Below, piece after piece: positions 33,213-45,519 of a stretch of DNA of 64,000 nt. The translations under genes were made by a program, and so were the position numbers. The first letter of the stretch is position 1. Each line of letters starts with the position of its first letter. The notes below the pieces were generated by a model, which had not been told where the DNA came from, ran no database searches, and saw only the letters and a list, made by a program, of their open reading frames with translations. The DNA comes from Naegleria gruberi (Eukaryota): assembly GCA_000004985.1 (NCBI GenBank), contig GG738921.1, one strand, 5' to 3'.

Positions 33213-34830
33213 CAATATTACAATTCCATTAGAAACATGTGTTTATTCTACCACGTAAAAACTTCCTTATGGAGATGGAATCTAATTCCATTTCTTTCAT
33301 TTGCATCCCAAATGGCATTCGAAACTGAAGTTACCAATTGTTCTGGACCACAAACTAAAACACCAACATATGCATTCAATTCTCCTCTTTCTTTCATTTC
33401 CTTTTTCACTTGTTCCAAGAATTGTTTTGGATTGGCTCTTCCTTTATGAATAAATGCTGTTTGTTGTGAATTTTCTTCTTTCATTTTGGAAATGAAAATA
33501 TTTGGTTTTAAATTCTTATTTCCATTCGTTTCCAAGAGTTGAGGAAATACTTGAATCATATCAGTGGTTGGAATTGACCAACAAGTATAAACAGTCTTAT
33601 CTTGAATATTCTTTTCCAACAAGTGTGAATAAATTGAATGAACTGGTGTAATACCAATTCCACCACCAAACATGACAATTGTCTTGTATCTCAATAATGG
33701 AACTGATAATGATCCATAAGCACCTTCAACTCTACAAATTAATTCATTGGCTGATTGAGCCTTCTCTTGAGCAATTTTTGCAACTTGTTTTGACCATCCA
33801 CTTCCAAAATTCTTTACATGAACTGTAAATTCTAATTCCTTCTTTTTAATCATTCCACCATCAATTTCCTTACAACTACTAACTGTGATTGGATGGTGTT
33901 GATATTTTGAAACAGCAGGAATGTATAAGAATATGAAATGTCCCATTGAAGGATTACTGCCAAATGTCAAGAATGGTTTTCTCATTGTAATGGTTGTAAC
34001 TTGACTCTTTTCATCATATTTGATTGAATCAATTTTGGTTGGAATACCAAATCCAAATACCACTCTCAAAAATACATCAAACAGATATAATAAAATTGAT
34101 AATGCCATATAAGGTAATAAATTAATATATCCAGAACCATGAATAATTGATAAAATGACAATTAAAATGGACAAGATGACATGTGAAATTAAAAAGACCT
34201 CCCATAGCTTTCTTCTTATGACTGGGAATGTCATTAACCAAAGAATAGTCATGAAAAACCATGCAATAATTCCCAAAATTGGAAATGTTGGAGATGTCAC
34301 ATCAACTAAATATAATCCAGATGCATTATAATGAACAACCATTGCAATTCCATGAGCAGTTACAAAAAACCATTGTAAAATACCCAACCATCTGTGATAT
34401 TTAATTGCTCTATCAAATGAAATTCCAAATAAAACTTGTAAAACTGAATATCTCGTGACTGGAAATAAAATTAATCCAAAATTGAAAACACAAACAGAAG
34501 CAAATGCTTTTCCAGCTTCAGCTGATGTTGCATTCACATATCCAAATGCAAACCAAATGGCCACAAGAATCCAATAACATGAAATTACAACAGCTTCACC
34601 CAAAGTTAAATCTAAAATGGTATTAATGTAAATTCCAATAAATTTCAAATTGACTTGTTTGGTCAATCTTCTGTACAAGATCAAATCAAGGAATAGATTT
34701 GGATTCACTCTTGGTCCAATCACACTCAATAAGAATCCACCAATAACCAACAATCCACAAATGAATGCAGTAGCAATCAAATGCCATCTGTAGGAATTGG
34801 CAAGTTTGGTCAATGAGTTCATTGAGATAC
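33213..34830. repeat. Inverted-repeat arm A (~1.6 kb) of a near-identical inverted duplication; partner arm at ~43900..45499
   Basis: 3' ~520 codons of FRE copies A and B differ at only 4 residues (I/V, I/V, I/V, E/D). Identity extends ~35 bp past the stop codons, where antisense ORFs 33180..33449 and 45272..45484 share the identical string MCLFYHVKTSLWRWNLIPFLSF... Identity breaks at ..GSISMNSLTK/NSYRWHLIATAF. Confidence 0.8.
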
Positions 34831-36136
34831 TTCCATCCTTAATGTTGCCAGTAGAAGAACCACATGTGGCCAATTCACTGCCAGGAGGAGCTGCCAAGTG
34901 TGCCAAAGTAGCTGTTTGTAAAAAGTTAATCATGACATTTTTGCCTCTGTAATTGTGGACATATTCCATGGATGTAGATGTTTTGGCTATAGCCCAAGAA
35001 ATTGAAATTTGTGCATTTGTAAATAAGTGATCCAATGAATCCTTAGTATTGACCAAACGTGTCCATTTCAAATGAAGTTCATAATTTCCACTCACAGATC
35101 TTAATCCTCCATTTTTGGAAATGAAATCTTGAGATGAATCTAATGTTGGTGCTTGAAGATTACCTTGCATGTATGTGTCTAATATAACTGGGTTTCCACT
35201 TGAATCCACATATCCAAACATTGTATCAGCAGTGTCCATTCCAGAGTTGGTTCCATGATTAAATCCAATTGATGCATAGCCATAAATTCCTGTGGCAATC
35301 AATCCAAATTCAATAATTGGTACATTTGCATCATTTGGATTTGTTAAAACTTTCCAATACAATTTCAAAGAATCAGAAGTTCCATAATTAGCAACTAACT
35401 TGTAATTAGCTGTAGGATAATCAGCAGAGTTGACCCACTGAGTTAAAATACTTTGTGAATATCCAGTTTGAAGTGAACAGGTCGAATTACTACTACTAGA
35501 ACCTCCATCCGAAACTACTGGTTGACTTGGCAATACTCCATACTCACCAGTAGCATAACCAGCTGAAAGGAAATTCAAACTTGGACCTTTGCCAGTGCTG
35601 GTATGTCTAACCATTCCAGTACTGGTGGAGTGGAGTGCCCAGGAAGTTTTCATGACTGCATTGGTGAAAATGACATCGTGGGAATCTCCTGTTTTAACGA
35701 AACGTGTCCACTTGATATGTGTCTCACCTGTGGCCGAGTTGTATCCACCATTTCTTTGAAGGATATCATCGGAAGCATCACTCACTGGTGATTGTGGCTT
35801 TGCAACCATCCATGCATCCATGATGGTTACACTTTGAGAAGCACTATTATAATACCCGAAAACTTTATCAATTCATCATCATTAATAATATTAAGTTAAT
35901 ATTGCCAATAACAACTTACTGGTATCACCCTTCATTGGATCTCCATTTAAATAACCAAAGCAAAACGAGACGTAACCTCTCGTGTTTTTGGCCACAGCTC
36001 CAAATTCCAAGATTGCATCATTAATATCAGAGCTTTTTTCATTCCTTAATAATTTCCAATATAGCTTGAGATTGGAACTGAATGTGGCCACATTTCCCGA
36101 TGGATAATCAGTGGAAGATACAAACTGAGTATTCAT
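33248..36136 (-). CDS. DOMON-domain ferric reductase / NADPH-oxidase-like flavocytochrome, copy A; exon 2 33248..35862, intron 35863..35919 (57 nt), exon 1 35920..~36136 with unresolved 5' end (no signal peptide found)
   Basis: Extracellular repeats (NYKLVANYGTSDSLKLYWKVLTNPNDAN..), about 6 TM helices with conserved His (HRWLG..AHG), FAD site HPITVSS, NAD site MFGGGIGITP and CGPEQL. Exon 1 homolog ..VYSQSMNTQFVSSTDYPSGNVATFSSNLKLYWKLL..GDPMKGDT. Upstream in-frame sequence is hydrophilic (..HHHHYKILDTYNNYNTTRRIKGSERK). Confidence 0.7.
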
Positions 36137-37165
36137 ACTCTGACTGTATACAATAGTTGCCTTACGTTCCGAACCTTTTATTCTTCTAGTTGTATTATAA
36201 TTATTATAAGTATCTAATATTTTATAATGATGATGATGAAACTCTTGAAAGCAACAACAACATCATCATCATCGTCAATACAATAATCAAACTCCTTAGC
36301 CATTGACTCGAAATTAAATGATGATTCTTTGATAACGCCATTTTTCTTATTACTTCTTAATTTGTTTTAAAAGTGCATCACAATTTGGCCATTACTGTTC
36401 ATTCATATCTCTCACTTGTGTATGGCCACTGTAATAGAAGAAGGTTCTTAGAAGTGGAGTGGATCAGTCTTTGGGTTTTCCAAGTTCTTCATTCCAATAT
36501 TAGTTCTGATAATTATTAGTGAAAGAATATAATTTGGAAAGTCTGCAATCTTAATCAATGCCATCTTGATGTCATTATCCTATCTCATTTCCTTTGAAAG
36601 TTCAGCATTGCATTAGAAATCATTTCCAACACCGTTAAAGAATTTCAGAAACAATTTCATTGACTTTGGGTATTCTAATCAATTTCTATTTTCCCAGATA
36701 GGAGTGTTAAATCTATTGCTTGCAACCAGATGGTTACCTTTTTGGAAATTTACAGTATTGAAGCTTGTTTCTTTGACATGGTTTACAATGCTATTTTCAA
36801 TTTTGAGTTCTCATAGAACCATTCAAAGTTGATTGTAAATTGTAATTTTATAAAATATATGGAAATCTTTATTAATAATCTTACTATCGTTAAATTAGAG
36901 TTTCACGGTACACATATTTAATTGCCTACCACTTTTTCAAGAAAATCCCTTTAAAAAACCTTGATTTCCATTAATGATTCTACTAGACCATGTTTAGAAC
37001 ACGGTAACCATTTTAAATTTTACAATATCTTTGTGCATTTCCCTTCTTGTAAATTAAATATTGATACGAGACTACTTGTAAACCCTATAAATGAAGCTAA
37101 AATTGCCGTTGCTTCATTCAATAACAAACAAAAAAACAATTAAACTCATTATTCGAATCTCAAAA

Positions 37166-37342
37166 ATGTCTGCCCAACAAACTATGATTGTCATGATGCT
37201 CTTGGCTTGTATCATGTTCTTCTTTGCCTCACCAATTAATGCTCAATATTATGAATCTGAAGTTTATGCTGGTGCTGCTGAACAAGGTTTTGCTGCCATG
37301 TTGTTGATTGCCATCTTGGCTGTTATTGGAATGGTATTCTAA
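37166..37342 (+). CDS. Small hypothetical secreted/membrane peptide (58 aa; signal peptide + C-terminal hydrophobic segment)
   Basis: MSAQQTMIVMMLLACIMFFFASPINAQYYESEVYAGAAEQGFAAMLLIAILAVIGMVF. Short ORF, weak support. Confidence 0.3.
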   Translation: MSAQQTMIVMMLLACIMFFFASPINAQYYESEVYAGAAEQGFAAMLLIAILAVIGMVF

Positions 37343-38166
37343 ACTACTGATGTAATTCTAATAATTTCACTCTTCTTCCTTTGTATATTAACTAGTAGTG
37401 TCAGCACCCATACCGGTATGCCATTAAACAAAGTGGCATACACCATATTGTATAATATTTGTAACAGTAAATAACATTGTTATTTGAATTCATTGTCAAA
37501 ACAATTAACCAACAGAGTTAGAAGAAGATAAGCTGCTCACTTTGTTTGATTGCGAAAACTCAATTAATTACTCGGTAACAATCAGAAAGGATTACAGACA
37601 AGCTTGCACCATGCCAAAATTTACATTTTTCAAATATTGTAAAAAAAAATTGTGAAAAATGTTAGGTTCACTGTGGAGAGGCTGATTTTCGGAGTGGTTT
37701 CTCGTGATGAAACTCTGCGAATTTCACAACATTATTTCAACACGACTTGAATAGTAGTAATAATAGTAATTTTTATTGGTGGATTAGAATTATGAAAATT
37801 GGAAATTATTTTTCGTGATGGAAAAATTCAAGGTGATGTTTCCATCACATCCGTATCATTCACTACTATATCTGCTGGAAAAGTGTCAAAGCAACATTGT
37901 TCGGAATGGTCAATAGTAGGGTAGGGAACTTTCTCTGGTAAATTTTGAGCAAGTTTTGATAGGTAAAAAACGAATTTACAAACAACATAGATGTTAAATG
38001 TGAATAATTTTCACCACTTCAGAAATCACTCAACAACCTGATTTGCAAGCTATAAAACAATAAATAGGTTTTACCAACACAAATAAGAAAACCACATAAT
38101 ATTACCGTTACGAAATTCAACAAAAAAAAATACAACAATCTGTACCAACATGATGACTGAATGCTT

Positions 38167-39384
38167 TTACTTGAGTGGGACGTAGGCAGGTCTTCTCATC
38201 TCACTTCTTCTTCTGCTCACATAAATAATTCCCACCACAGCAATCGAAGTTGCCAAAACCATCAACACCCCACCAATGGTAGCACATATAATGATGGCCA
38301 GATTTTCCTCCTCCTCCAAAAGTGATGATAGACCTCTGGGAGGATGATTCTGAGAGGATTTTCCAACAATTGGATGGAATGGATGTGGAGAAATTCCCCT
38401 CCTAAAGGTGGGATAGTCCTGTACGGAGAAGGTTGTGCCATTCATCATGATGTTTAAATCTCCGTAGAGTGAGTGGATGTAATGGCTGTTTTGGCAGAGT
38501 TTGCATTTGGAGTTTTGACTTCCTTCGATGCAACTTTCCATCTTGTAGCTCATTACTGAGAATTTTGTAAAGATTTCCAGTTGACCTTTGATTTGAGCAG
38601 CAGCTCCTTTGCATTCATCACGTGAAGTTTTCTGAATAATCATTTCATAGTTGGCTGTGAGAATATCATATCTGTTAGTGGTTGGTTCAATTTGAGTTGC
38701 ATTTCTAAACTTGACAAATAATTCAGTGCTTGGATCTGGATTTGTGGAAAACCAATTCGAATCATCATGATACAGAAAATTATATTGGAAAGTATCTGAT
38801 GGATAGGGAATTTCACTCCTTTCCAGAATTACTGTCAATGCATGACTATGTAATGTGATACGAGTGCAATTATTCTCCTCTGAAAATGCAAATGAATATC
38901 CACGAACATATTGAATCCACTTGTAACAGCCATAGGATATGACCGATTGACTAACAGAAGAAAATAATCCAATATTCACCTGACAGGTTAAACTAGCTTG
39001 TGATCCAAATTGAAGAATGGTATCATTTTGGACTAGATTAAATGTTGAATGTTGAATATTGACCATAATATCTTTAAATTCATCGGATTTTCTCTCAAGG
39101 TCAACTATATGGAAACGTGCTGTTGAAGAACCAAACCAGACAAACATTTGATTAAAATCACTTTCTCTCGTTTGGCTTTCCTTCATGTAAATGCTCCGAT
39201 AATAGTTTCCCGATAGACATTCATTACTTTTCACAAATTGACCATTCGTCAGTAGAAGTAGTATGCATATCATCATGATAAAGAAAAGTATTGATGTAAA
39301 ATTAATGTTGTTGTTGGTGCTGAATTGATGAAGTTTAGGTGTAGACATTTTTTCTTTAAATTCAGGAGTTTTGGCAGTTAACAC
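38167..39384 (-). CDS. Hypothetical type-I membrane glycoprotein-like protein (N-terminal signal/anchor, large ectodomain, single C-terminal TM, short basic tail)
   Basis: 405-aa ORF. N-terminal hydrophobic stretch ILFFIMMICILLLLTNG, a Cys-containing ectodomain with many N-x-S/T sites, and a C-terminal TM IIICATIGGVLMVLATSIAVVGIIYV followed by SRRRSEMRRPAYVPLK. Confidence 0.5.
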   Translation of the reverse strand: MLTAKTPEFKEKMSTPKLHQFSTNNNINFTSILFFIMMICILLLLTNGQFVKSNECLSGNYYRSIYMKESQTRESDFNQMFVWFGSSTARFHIVDLERKSDEFKDIMVNIQHSTFNLVQNDTILQFGSQASLTCQVNIGLFSSVSQSVISYGCYKWIQYVRGYSFAFSEENNCTRITLHSHALTVILERSEIPYPSDTFQYNFLYHDDSNWFSTNPDPSTELFVKFRNATQIEPTTNRYDILTANYEMIIQKTSRDECKGAAAQIKGQLEIFTKFSVMSYKMESCIEGSQNSKCKLCQNSHYIHSLYGDLNIMMNGTTFSVQDYPTFRRGISPHPFHPIVGKSSQNHPPRGLSSLLEEEENLAIIICATIGGVLMVLATSIAVVGIIYVSRRRSEMRRPAYVPLK

Positions 39385-39861
39385 ACCGAATCTCCATTGA
39401 GGGCGTTGACACTGTAAAATTTCGTCCGCACCATGATGTATTTGCCCTTAGATTGGTTCAACACCATGTTACCATTGTTGTATCCAAAGCATTAAGTTGA
39501 TGTTATTAATTTCACATATATCCAAATTGGAAATGAATAAATTTGGAATATTGCCAAAGCTGGAAAATAAGGGAGTTTGATAAATAAACTGGACTAAATT
39601 TTTTAAATTTATCAAACAAACTCAAACAAAATGAATAGAGAAGAATCCAAACAAGAACAAATTCTATCCGCACAAAGAAAGCAACATCCACATCTAGGAC
39701 CATCTGGTTGGCCACCAATGAATAAGAAGAGGGATGATACAATCAGCACAGAAAGAATCCAAGGTCGAGAGAATGCTCCTCATGTTGGTGAATCCAGTGT
39801 AAACTTTAATCAAACAGAGGATCATGATTGGGTTGTTTTGTAAATATTTTACATTGATATA

Positions 39862-40830
39862 TTATACAGTTGTTTTAGCAGTAAATTCCTCTTCCAAACC
39901 TTCCAAAGTAGAAAATCCATCTGATAATGTAATGATTGTTACATCACACAAATCTGTCTTTTCGTTAAACTTGTAAATAAAGTGAGTGCCAACATTATTT
40001 TCATCCTCATAGAATAGAACGTTGTAATCAGCTGTTCCATTTCCAGAAATTACACTAGGATACACTCTATACTTGACATTTCGTTTTAATATCAAGTCTC
40101 CTGATTGTTTAAAGTCAATATCTGAAAGTTGAATTTCAAATTTGCTAGGTCCTCCTAAAATTACAAATTTTTCTATTCTCAATCGTTAGAATATTCACAA
40201 TTCTCGTTCAAACTTACCTTTGGCGAGAATGGCAACCTTATTTTGAATCAAATAAGCATCGAATAAGGAACTAGGATTGATTCCGTGCAAACTCAAATCA
40301 ATTTTGGTCCATCCACTGTGCATTTGTGCTGAACCAAGATTTCCAGTAATGTACAATTCATTATTCTCGGTACAAATTAAAGAAACCCATTGTCCAGCAC
40401 TAATAGCCTTAATCTTACTATTTGTTGGAACAGTTAGAGGCATTGGATCATAAATCTTGTTTGGTGTTGCATACCCCAATTGTTGATAATCATTAGATCC
40501 GAAAACAACTCCACTATCATCCTCAAATATTACTATACAATAAGCATAACCAGAAGCAATCAGTTTGACTGATTTCCCCTTCACTAATGGTGATGCTATT
40601 TCAACAGGTGTATGAATATCATGTTCAGAATCTGATGGTTGTTTAGCAAACTGTGCAAGACCTGTATTTCCACAAAAATACAATCTCTTATCAGGTACAG
40701 TCACAAAGTAGGTGTGGCCATATCCAGAGTAGGCAGATCCGAATGCCTGTACACCTTCTGGAACGACAACCTTCTTGGCCTTGATTTGTTTGGTATAATC
40801 GAGTGAATTCTTATCATCAGTTCCAGTTTG
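39862..40830 (-). CDS. RCC1/BLIP-II-like beta-propeller repeat protein, 5' partial (upstream exons likely span N-gap 41035-41084); exons ~40218..40830+ and 39862..40154, intron 40155..40217 (63 nt)
   Basis: Repeats: GQTGTDDKN, YGHTYFVTVPDKRLYFCGNTGLAQ, GYAYCIVIFEDDSGVVFGSNDYQQLG, SAGQWVSLICTENNELYITGNLGSAQ. AAAG|GTAAGT..TTTTAG|G joins ..AILAKG to GPSKFEIQL in a consistent phase. An acidic exon (KEFGDGLEDEKNENGDDG) runs into the gap at 41085-41160. Confidence 0.55.
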
Positions 40831-41177
40831 TCCCCTTTATAATTAGATCCAAAATATTTTACATCATGATCAATTTGTTGATGATTTAATTATTTAATTA
40901 GATCATTTATAATATTTAAATATTCATATGATGATGATGATGATTGATGAGATGGAATAATAAATTTTGATCAATTCCAAGATCATTATATTAATATATT
41001 AATAATATTAAAATTACACACAAATGATCAAAGANNNNNNNNNNNNNNNNNNNNNNNNNNNNNNNNNNNNNNNNNNNNNNNNNNCCATCATCTCCATTTT
41101 CATTCTTTTCATCCTCCAATCCATCACCAAACTCCTTTTTATAAAATAAAAGGAATAATTTAAATTATAATAATTGT

Positions 41178-41939
41178 TTAATATTTATTCCATTTAACAG
41201 ATTCATCAAGCATAGAGCAGAAATAATCAAATTCAATTCTAATCATCTTCTCTTCAGGTTTGTAAATTAATTTAAATTGATTAATTCCAAATTTCCATAA
41301 AATACCATCATGCTCCCATTTAAATGCATACCACTTATCACTAAACAAAGGAGGAAGGCTATAATTTCCAGCAAACAACCAATGATATGTTATCTTTGGA
41401 ACTATTCTTCCTTCCCTTGCAATGCCACCCTCAATCAACATCTCTTCTTTTAAAATGCTATATGGTTTTGCCTTTTGTATTTGATAATCAAAGAATAGCT
41501 TTGCTTCGTGATCATCTGTTACAGAAACATAATGTTGATGATGCCACTTGACATTATGGGTTGTATCTGGCTGAGCATTTCTAATAACTACCTCCTCAAT
41601 AGTTCTCGGAAGTACCTTTAGGTATCTTGTTGCATAATATTCATCAGAATATTTTTCATCCATTATCTCACGCAGTGTTATTGTTGGTAGGGAAGTATCA
41701 AAAAAGTATTCAAGTTGTTGTCTTTTCTCTAATGGTATGTTCACTTTCTTACTCTCTTCACTGCCTTCAAGAATGTTTGTTACTTGGCGTTTAGCTGTTT
41801 TCAAATCATCAACCTTCTCTACAACAAAACGTATTTTGTTTGTATTGTTATTCTTCTCCAACGATTTATTCATAGCTACCCTCTTACTTTTGCTCAACCT
41901 GTATACTTCAAATGTTACTTCTGTTTTGTTGGTGACCAT
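41178..41939 (-). CDS. Hypothetical protein (253 aa), no recognisable domain
   Basis: Clean ORF from ATG at 41939 with ordinary amino-acid composition. A (CAA)n-type microsatellite lies in the upstream leader region. Confidence 0.45.
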   Translation of the reverse strand: MVTNKTEVTFEVYRLSKSKRVAMNKSLEKNNNTNKIRFVVEKVDDLKTAKRQVTNILEGSEESKKVNIPLEKRQQLEYFFDTSLPTITLREIMDEKYSDEYYATRYLKVLPRTIEEVVIRNAQPDTTHNVKWHHQHYVSVTDDHEAKLFFDYQIQKAKPYSILKEEMLIEGGIAREGRIVPKITYHWLFAGNYSLPPLFSDKWYAFKWEHDGILWKFGINQFKLIYKPEEKMIRIEFDYFCSMLDESVKWNKY

Positions 41940-42484
41940 AGAAAATACTTGTTTGTTTTGTTTTGATTTTGTTGTTGCTCATGTTGTTGTTGTTGTTGAT
42001 ATGTGGTGTTGTTGATGTTATTGTATTTTTTTTTACGTGAGTTTACAAATTGAAAAACAAGCAAGAATGAAACGCGGTGCCAAATGGAAATAAGATAAAA
42101 AACTGATAGGTAATGCATTCTGGACATTGTTGAATGAACCATTATCGATATCTAGTGTATAAAATAATCTCCTTTTGGTTAGCGACATGAATTGTTGGGA
42201 GCTGTTAATATGTAAAAGGTCAAAACGAAACACCCAATTTTTCATGTTTCCTTTCCGCTCTACTTCAAGTTTCGAATAACGTCTATTGGGGCTACCTGAA
42301 GAACACAATGATTAAGAGAGAACTTCACATGCCAATTCTTTTGGTGAACGATTTCTCAAAGTTTCCAATGGTTTCGGATAGGTGATGCAAATAGCCACTT
42401 GGATTCTTTTAGCCATTTGTTTCATCAGAAAGTCAATTTAGGTTTCAGCCCTTGCCGAACTTGTAACTGGATACCAACAAAAAA

Positions 42485-45473
42485 ATGGCGTTTTATGTTA
42501 TTCGAAACTCGCAGCTCTTTCTTCTGTCTGCACTCTTGTTGGTAACAGTTTTAGCATGTCATGACCCAGCACATGCAGCAAACGTTACCTATAGCCAAAG
42601 TATTGAAACTCAATTCGTAAATCCCTCTGATTATCCAGCAACAAACGTTGCCTCTTTCGGTTCGAATCTGAAACTTTATTGGAAACTCTTAAAAAACGAA
42701 AAGAGTTCAGATATTAATAATGCCATTCTAGAATTTGGTGCTGTTGCTCTTCGTACTAAAGGTTACCTTTCCTTTTGTTTTGGTTATTTAAGTGGAGATC
42801 CAATGAAGGGAGATACCAGTAAGTTATTTTTTTATTCGAAAGTTCTAAAGCATTAATATTCAATCTAAAGTCTTTGGTTTCTTCAATCAAGCTTCAGGTA
42901 GCATCACTGTTATGGACGCTTGGATGACTAACAAACCTGCACCACCAACCAGTGATCCCTCTGATGATATCATCCAGAAGAATGGAGGGTTTCGAACAGT
43001 TAATGGAATATCCGAAACTCACATGAAATGGACACGTTTCGTCAAGACCAACGATACTAGAGATGTTGTATTTACTAACACTGCCATGAGAATGTCCTGG
43101 GCTATTCACTCAACTAGTACTTCAATGGTGGAACATACCAGTCAAGGAAGTGGCACAACTGTTAACTTTCTTTCGGCTGGATTCGTAACTGGTGAATATG
43201 GAAAGCTTCCACAACCACCAGTGATTGCAACAGGAGGTGGAAATAACTGTTCACTTCCAACTGGATATTCACAAAGTATTTTAACTCAGTGGGTCAATTC
43301 TGCTGATTATCCTGCAGCTAATTACAAGTTAGTTGCTAATTATGGAACATCTGATTCTTTGAAATTGTATTGGAAAGTTTTGACCAATCCAAATGATGCC
43401 AATAATCCAATTATTGAATTTGGATTGTTGGCTACAGGTATTTATGGTTATGCTTCACTTGGTTTCAATCATGGAGCTAGTTCAGGAATGCAAACTGCTG
43501 ATACCATGTTTGGTTATGTAGATTCAACTGGTAAGGCAGTGATTATTGATGCTTACATGCAAGGAAATTTGCAAGCACCAGCTCCAGACACCACTCAAAA
43601 TTTTATTTCAAGCAATGGTGGTTTGAGATCTGTCAATGGCAATTATGAACTCCATTTGAAATGGACACGTTTGGTAAATACTAAGGACGCTATGGATTAT
43701 ACATTCAGCAATGCACAAATTCCAATTTCATGGGCTCTTTCCAAAACTTCTACTTCCATTACTTCTGTTCACAGTTACAGAGACAAGAATGTCATGATTA
43801 ATTTCATGCAAAATGGAGCTTCCACTGAAATGGCAGCTCCTCCTGGCAGTAGTTTGGCATGTGGATCAAGTAGTGGTTCACAAACTGGAACTGTTGTCAT
43901 TGATGAAGGTTTGAAATTAGCAAATTCCTACAGATGGCATTTGATTGCTACTGCATTCATTTGTGGATTGTTGGTCATTGGTGGATTCTTATTGAGTGTG
44001 ATTGGACCAAGAGTGAATCCAAATCTATTCCTTGATTTGATCTTGTACAGAAGATTGACAAAACAAGTCAATTTGAAATTTATTGGAATTTACATTAATA
44101 CCATTTTAGATTTAACATTGGGTGAAGCTGTTGTAATTTCATGTTATTGGATTCTTGTGGCCATTTGGTTTGCATTTGGATATGTGAATGCAACATCAGC
44201 AGAAGCTGGAAAAGCATTTGCCTCTGTTTGTGTTTTCAATTTTGGATTAATTTTATTTCCAGTCACAAGATATTCAGTTTTACAAGTTTTATTTGGAATT
44301 TCATTTGATAGAGCAATTAAATATCACAGATGGTTGGGTATTTTACAATGGTTTTTTGTAACTGCTCATGGAATTGCAATGGTTGTTCATTATAATGCAT
44401 CTGGATTATATTTAGTTGATGTGACATCTCCAACATTTCCAATTTTGGGAATTATTGCATGGTTTTTCATGACTATACTTTGGTTAATGACATTCCCAGT
44501 CATAAGAAGAAAGTTGTGGGAAGTCTTTTTAATTTCACATGTCATCTTATCCATTTTAATTGTCATTTTATCAATTATTCATGGTTCTGGATATATTAAT
44601 TTATTACCTTATATGGCATTATCAATTTTATTATATCTATTTGATGTATTTTTGAGAGTGGTATTTGGATTTGGTGTTCCAACCAAAATTGATTCAATCA
44701 AATATGATGAAAAGAGTCAAGTTACAACCATTACAATGAGAAAACCATTCCTAACATTTGGTAGTAATCCTTCAATGGGACATTTCATATTCTTATATAT
44801 TCCTGCTGTTTCAAAATATCAACACCATCCAATCACAGTTAGTAGTTGTAAGGAAATTGATGGTGGAATGATTAAAAAGAAGGAATTGGAATTTACAGTT
44901 CATGTCAAGAATTTTGGAAGTGGATGGTCAAAACAAGTTGCAAAAGTTGCTCAAGAGAAGGCTCAATCAGCCAATGAATTAATTTGTAGAGTTGAAGGTG
45001 CTTATGGATCATTATCAGTTCCATTATTGAGATACAAGACAATTGTCATGTTTGGTGGTGGAATTGGTATTACACCAGTTCATTCAATTTATTCACACTT
45101 GTTGGAAAAGAATGTTCAAGATAAGACTGTTTATACTTGTTGGTCAATTCCAACCACTGATATGATTCAAGTATTTCCTCAACTTTTGGAAACGAATGGA
45201 AATAAGAATTTGAAACCAAATATTTTCATTTCCAAAATGAAGGATGAGAATTCACAACAAACAGCATTCATTCATAAAGGAAGAGCCAATCCAAAACAAT
45301 TCTTGGAACAAGTGAAAAAGGAAATGAAAGAAAGAGGAGAATTGAATGCATATGTTGGTGTTTTAGTTTGTGGTCCAGAACAATTGGTAACTTCAGTTTC
45401 GAATGCCATTTGGGATGCAAATGAAAGAAATGGAATTAGATTCCATCTCCATAAGGAAGTTTTTACGTGGTAG
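42485..45473 (+). CDS. DOMON-domain ferric reductase / NADPH-oxidase-like flavocytochrome, copy B (intact, with signal peptide); exon 1 42485..42818, intron 42819..42897 (79 nt), exon 2 42898..45473
   Basis: Signal peptide MAFYVIRNSQLFLLSALLLVTVLACHDPAHA. Duplicated extracellular DOMON-like modules. TM region with His pairs, HPITVSS (FAD), GGGIGITP and CGPEQL (NAD). The GTAAGT..TTCAG junction is phase-1 consistent, giving ..GDTS|SITVMDAWM... Confidence 0.85.
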
Positions 45474-45499
45474 AATAAACACATGTTTCTAATGGAATT
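43900..45499. repeat. Inverted-repeat arm B, partner of 33213..34830
   Basis: See arm A. Nucleotide-level near-identity in reverse-complement orientation includes the 3' UTR. Confidence 0.8.
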
Positions 45500-45519
45500 C
45501 CAGAATGTAGTGATTTATT

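Noticed and set aside
33180-33449. ORFs 33180..33449 (+) and 45272..45484 (-), which share the identical peptide MCLFYHVKTSLWRWNLIPFLSF...
   Set aside because: They are antisense to, or overlap, the conserved 3' ends of the two ferric-reductase genes. Their identity simply reflects the inverted repeat, and they were used as evidence for it, not as genes.
36200-36290. Minus-strand ORF MAKEFDYCIDDDDDVVVAFKSFIIIIIKY upstream of ferric-reductase copy A, as a possible first exon or signal peptide.
   Set aside because: Not hydrophobic and terminated by TAG. It cannot supply the signal peptide that copy B has, and it sits in ATG/CAA microsatellite sequence.
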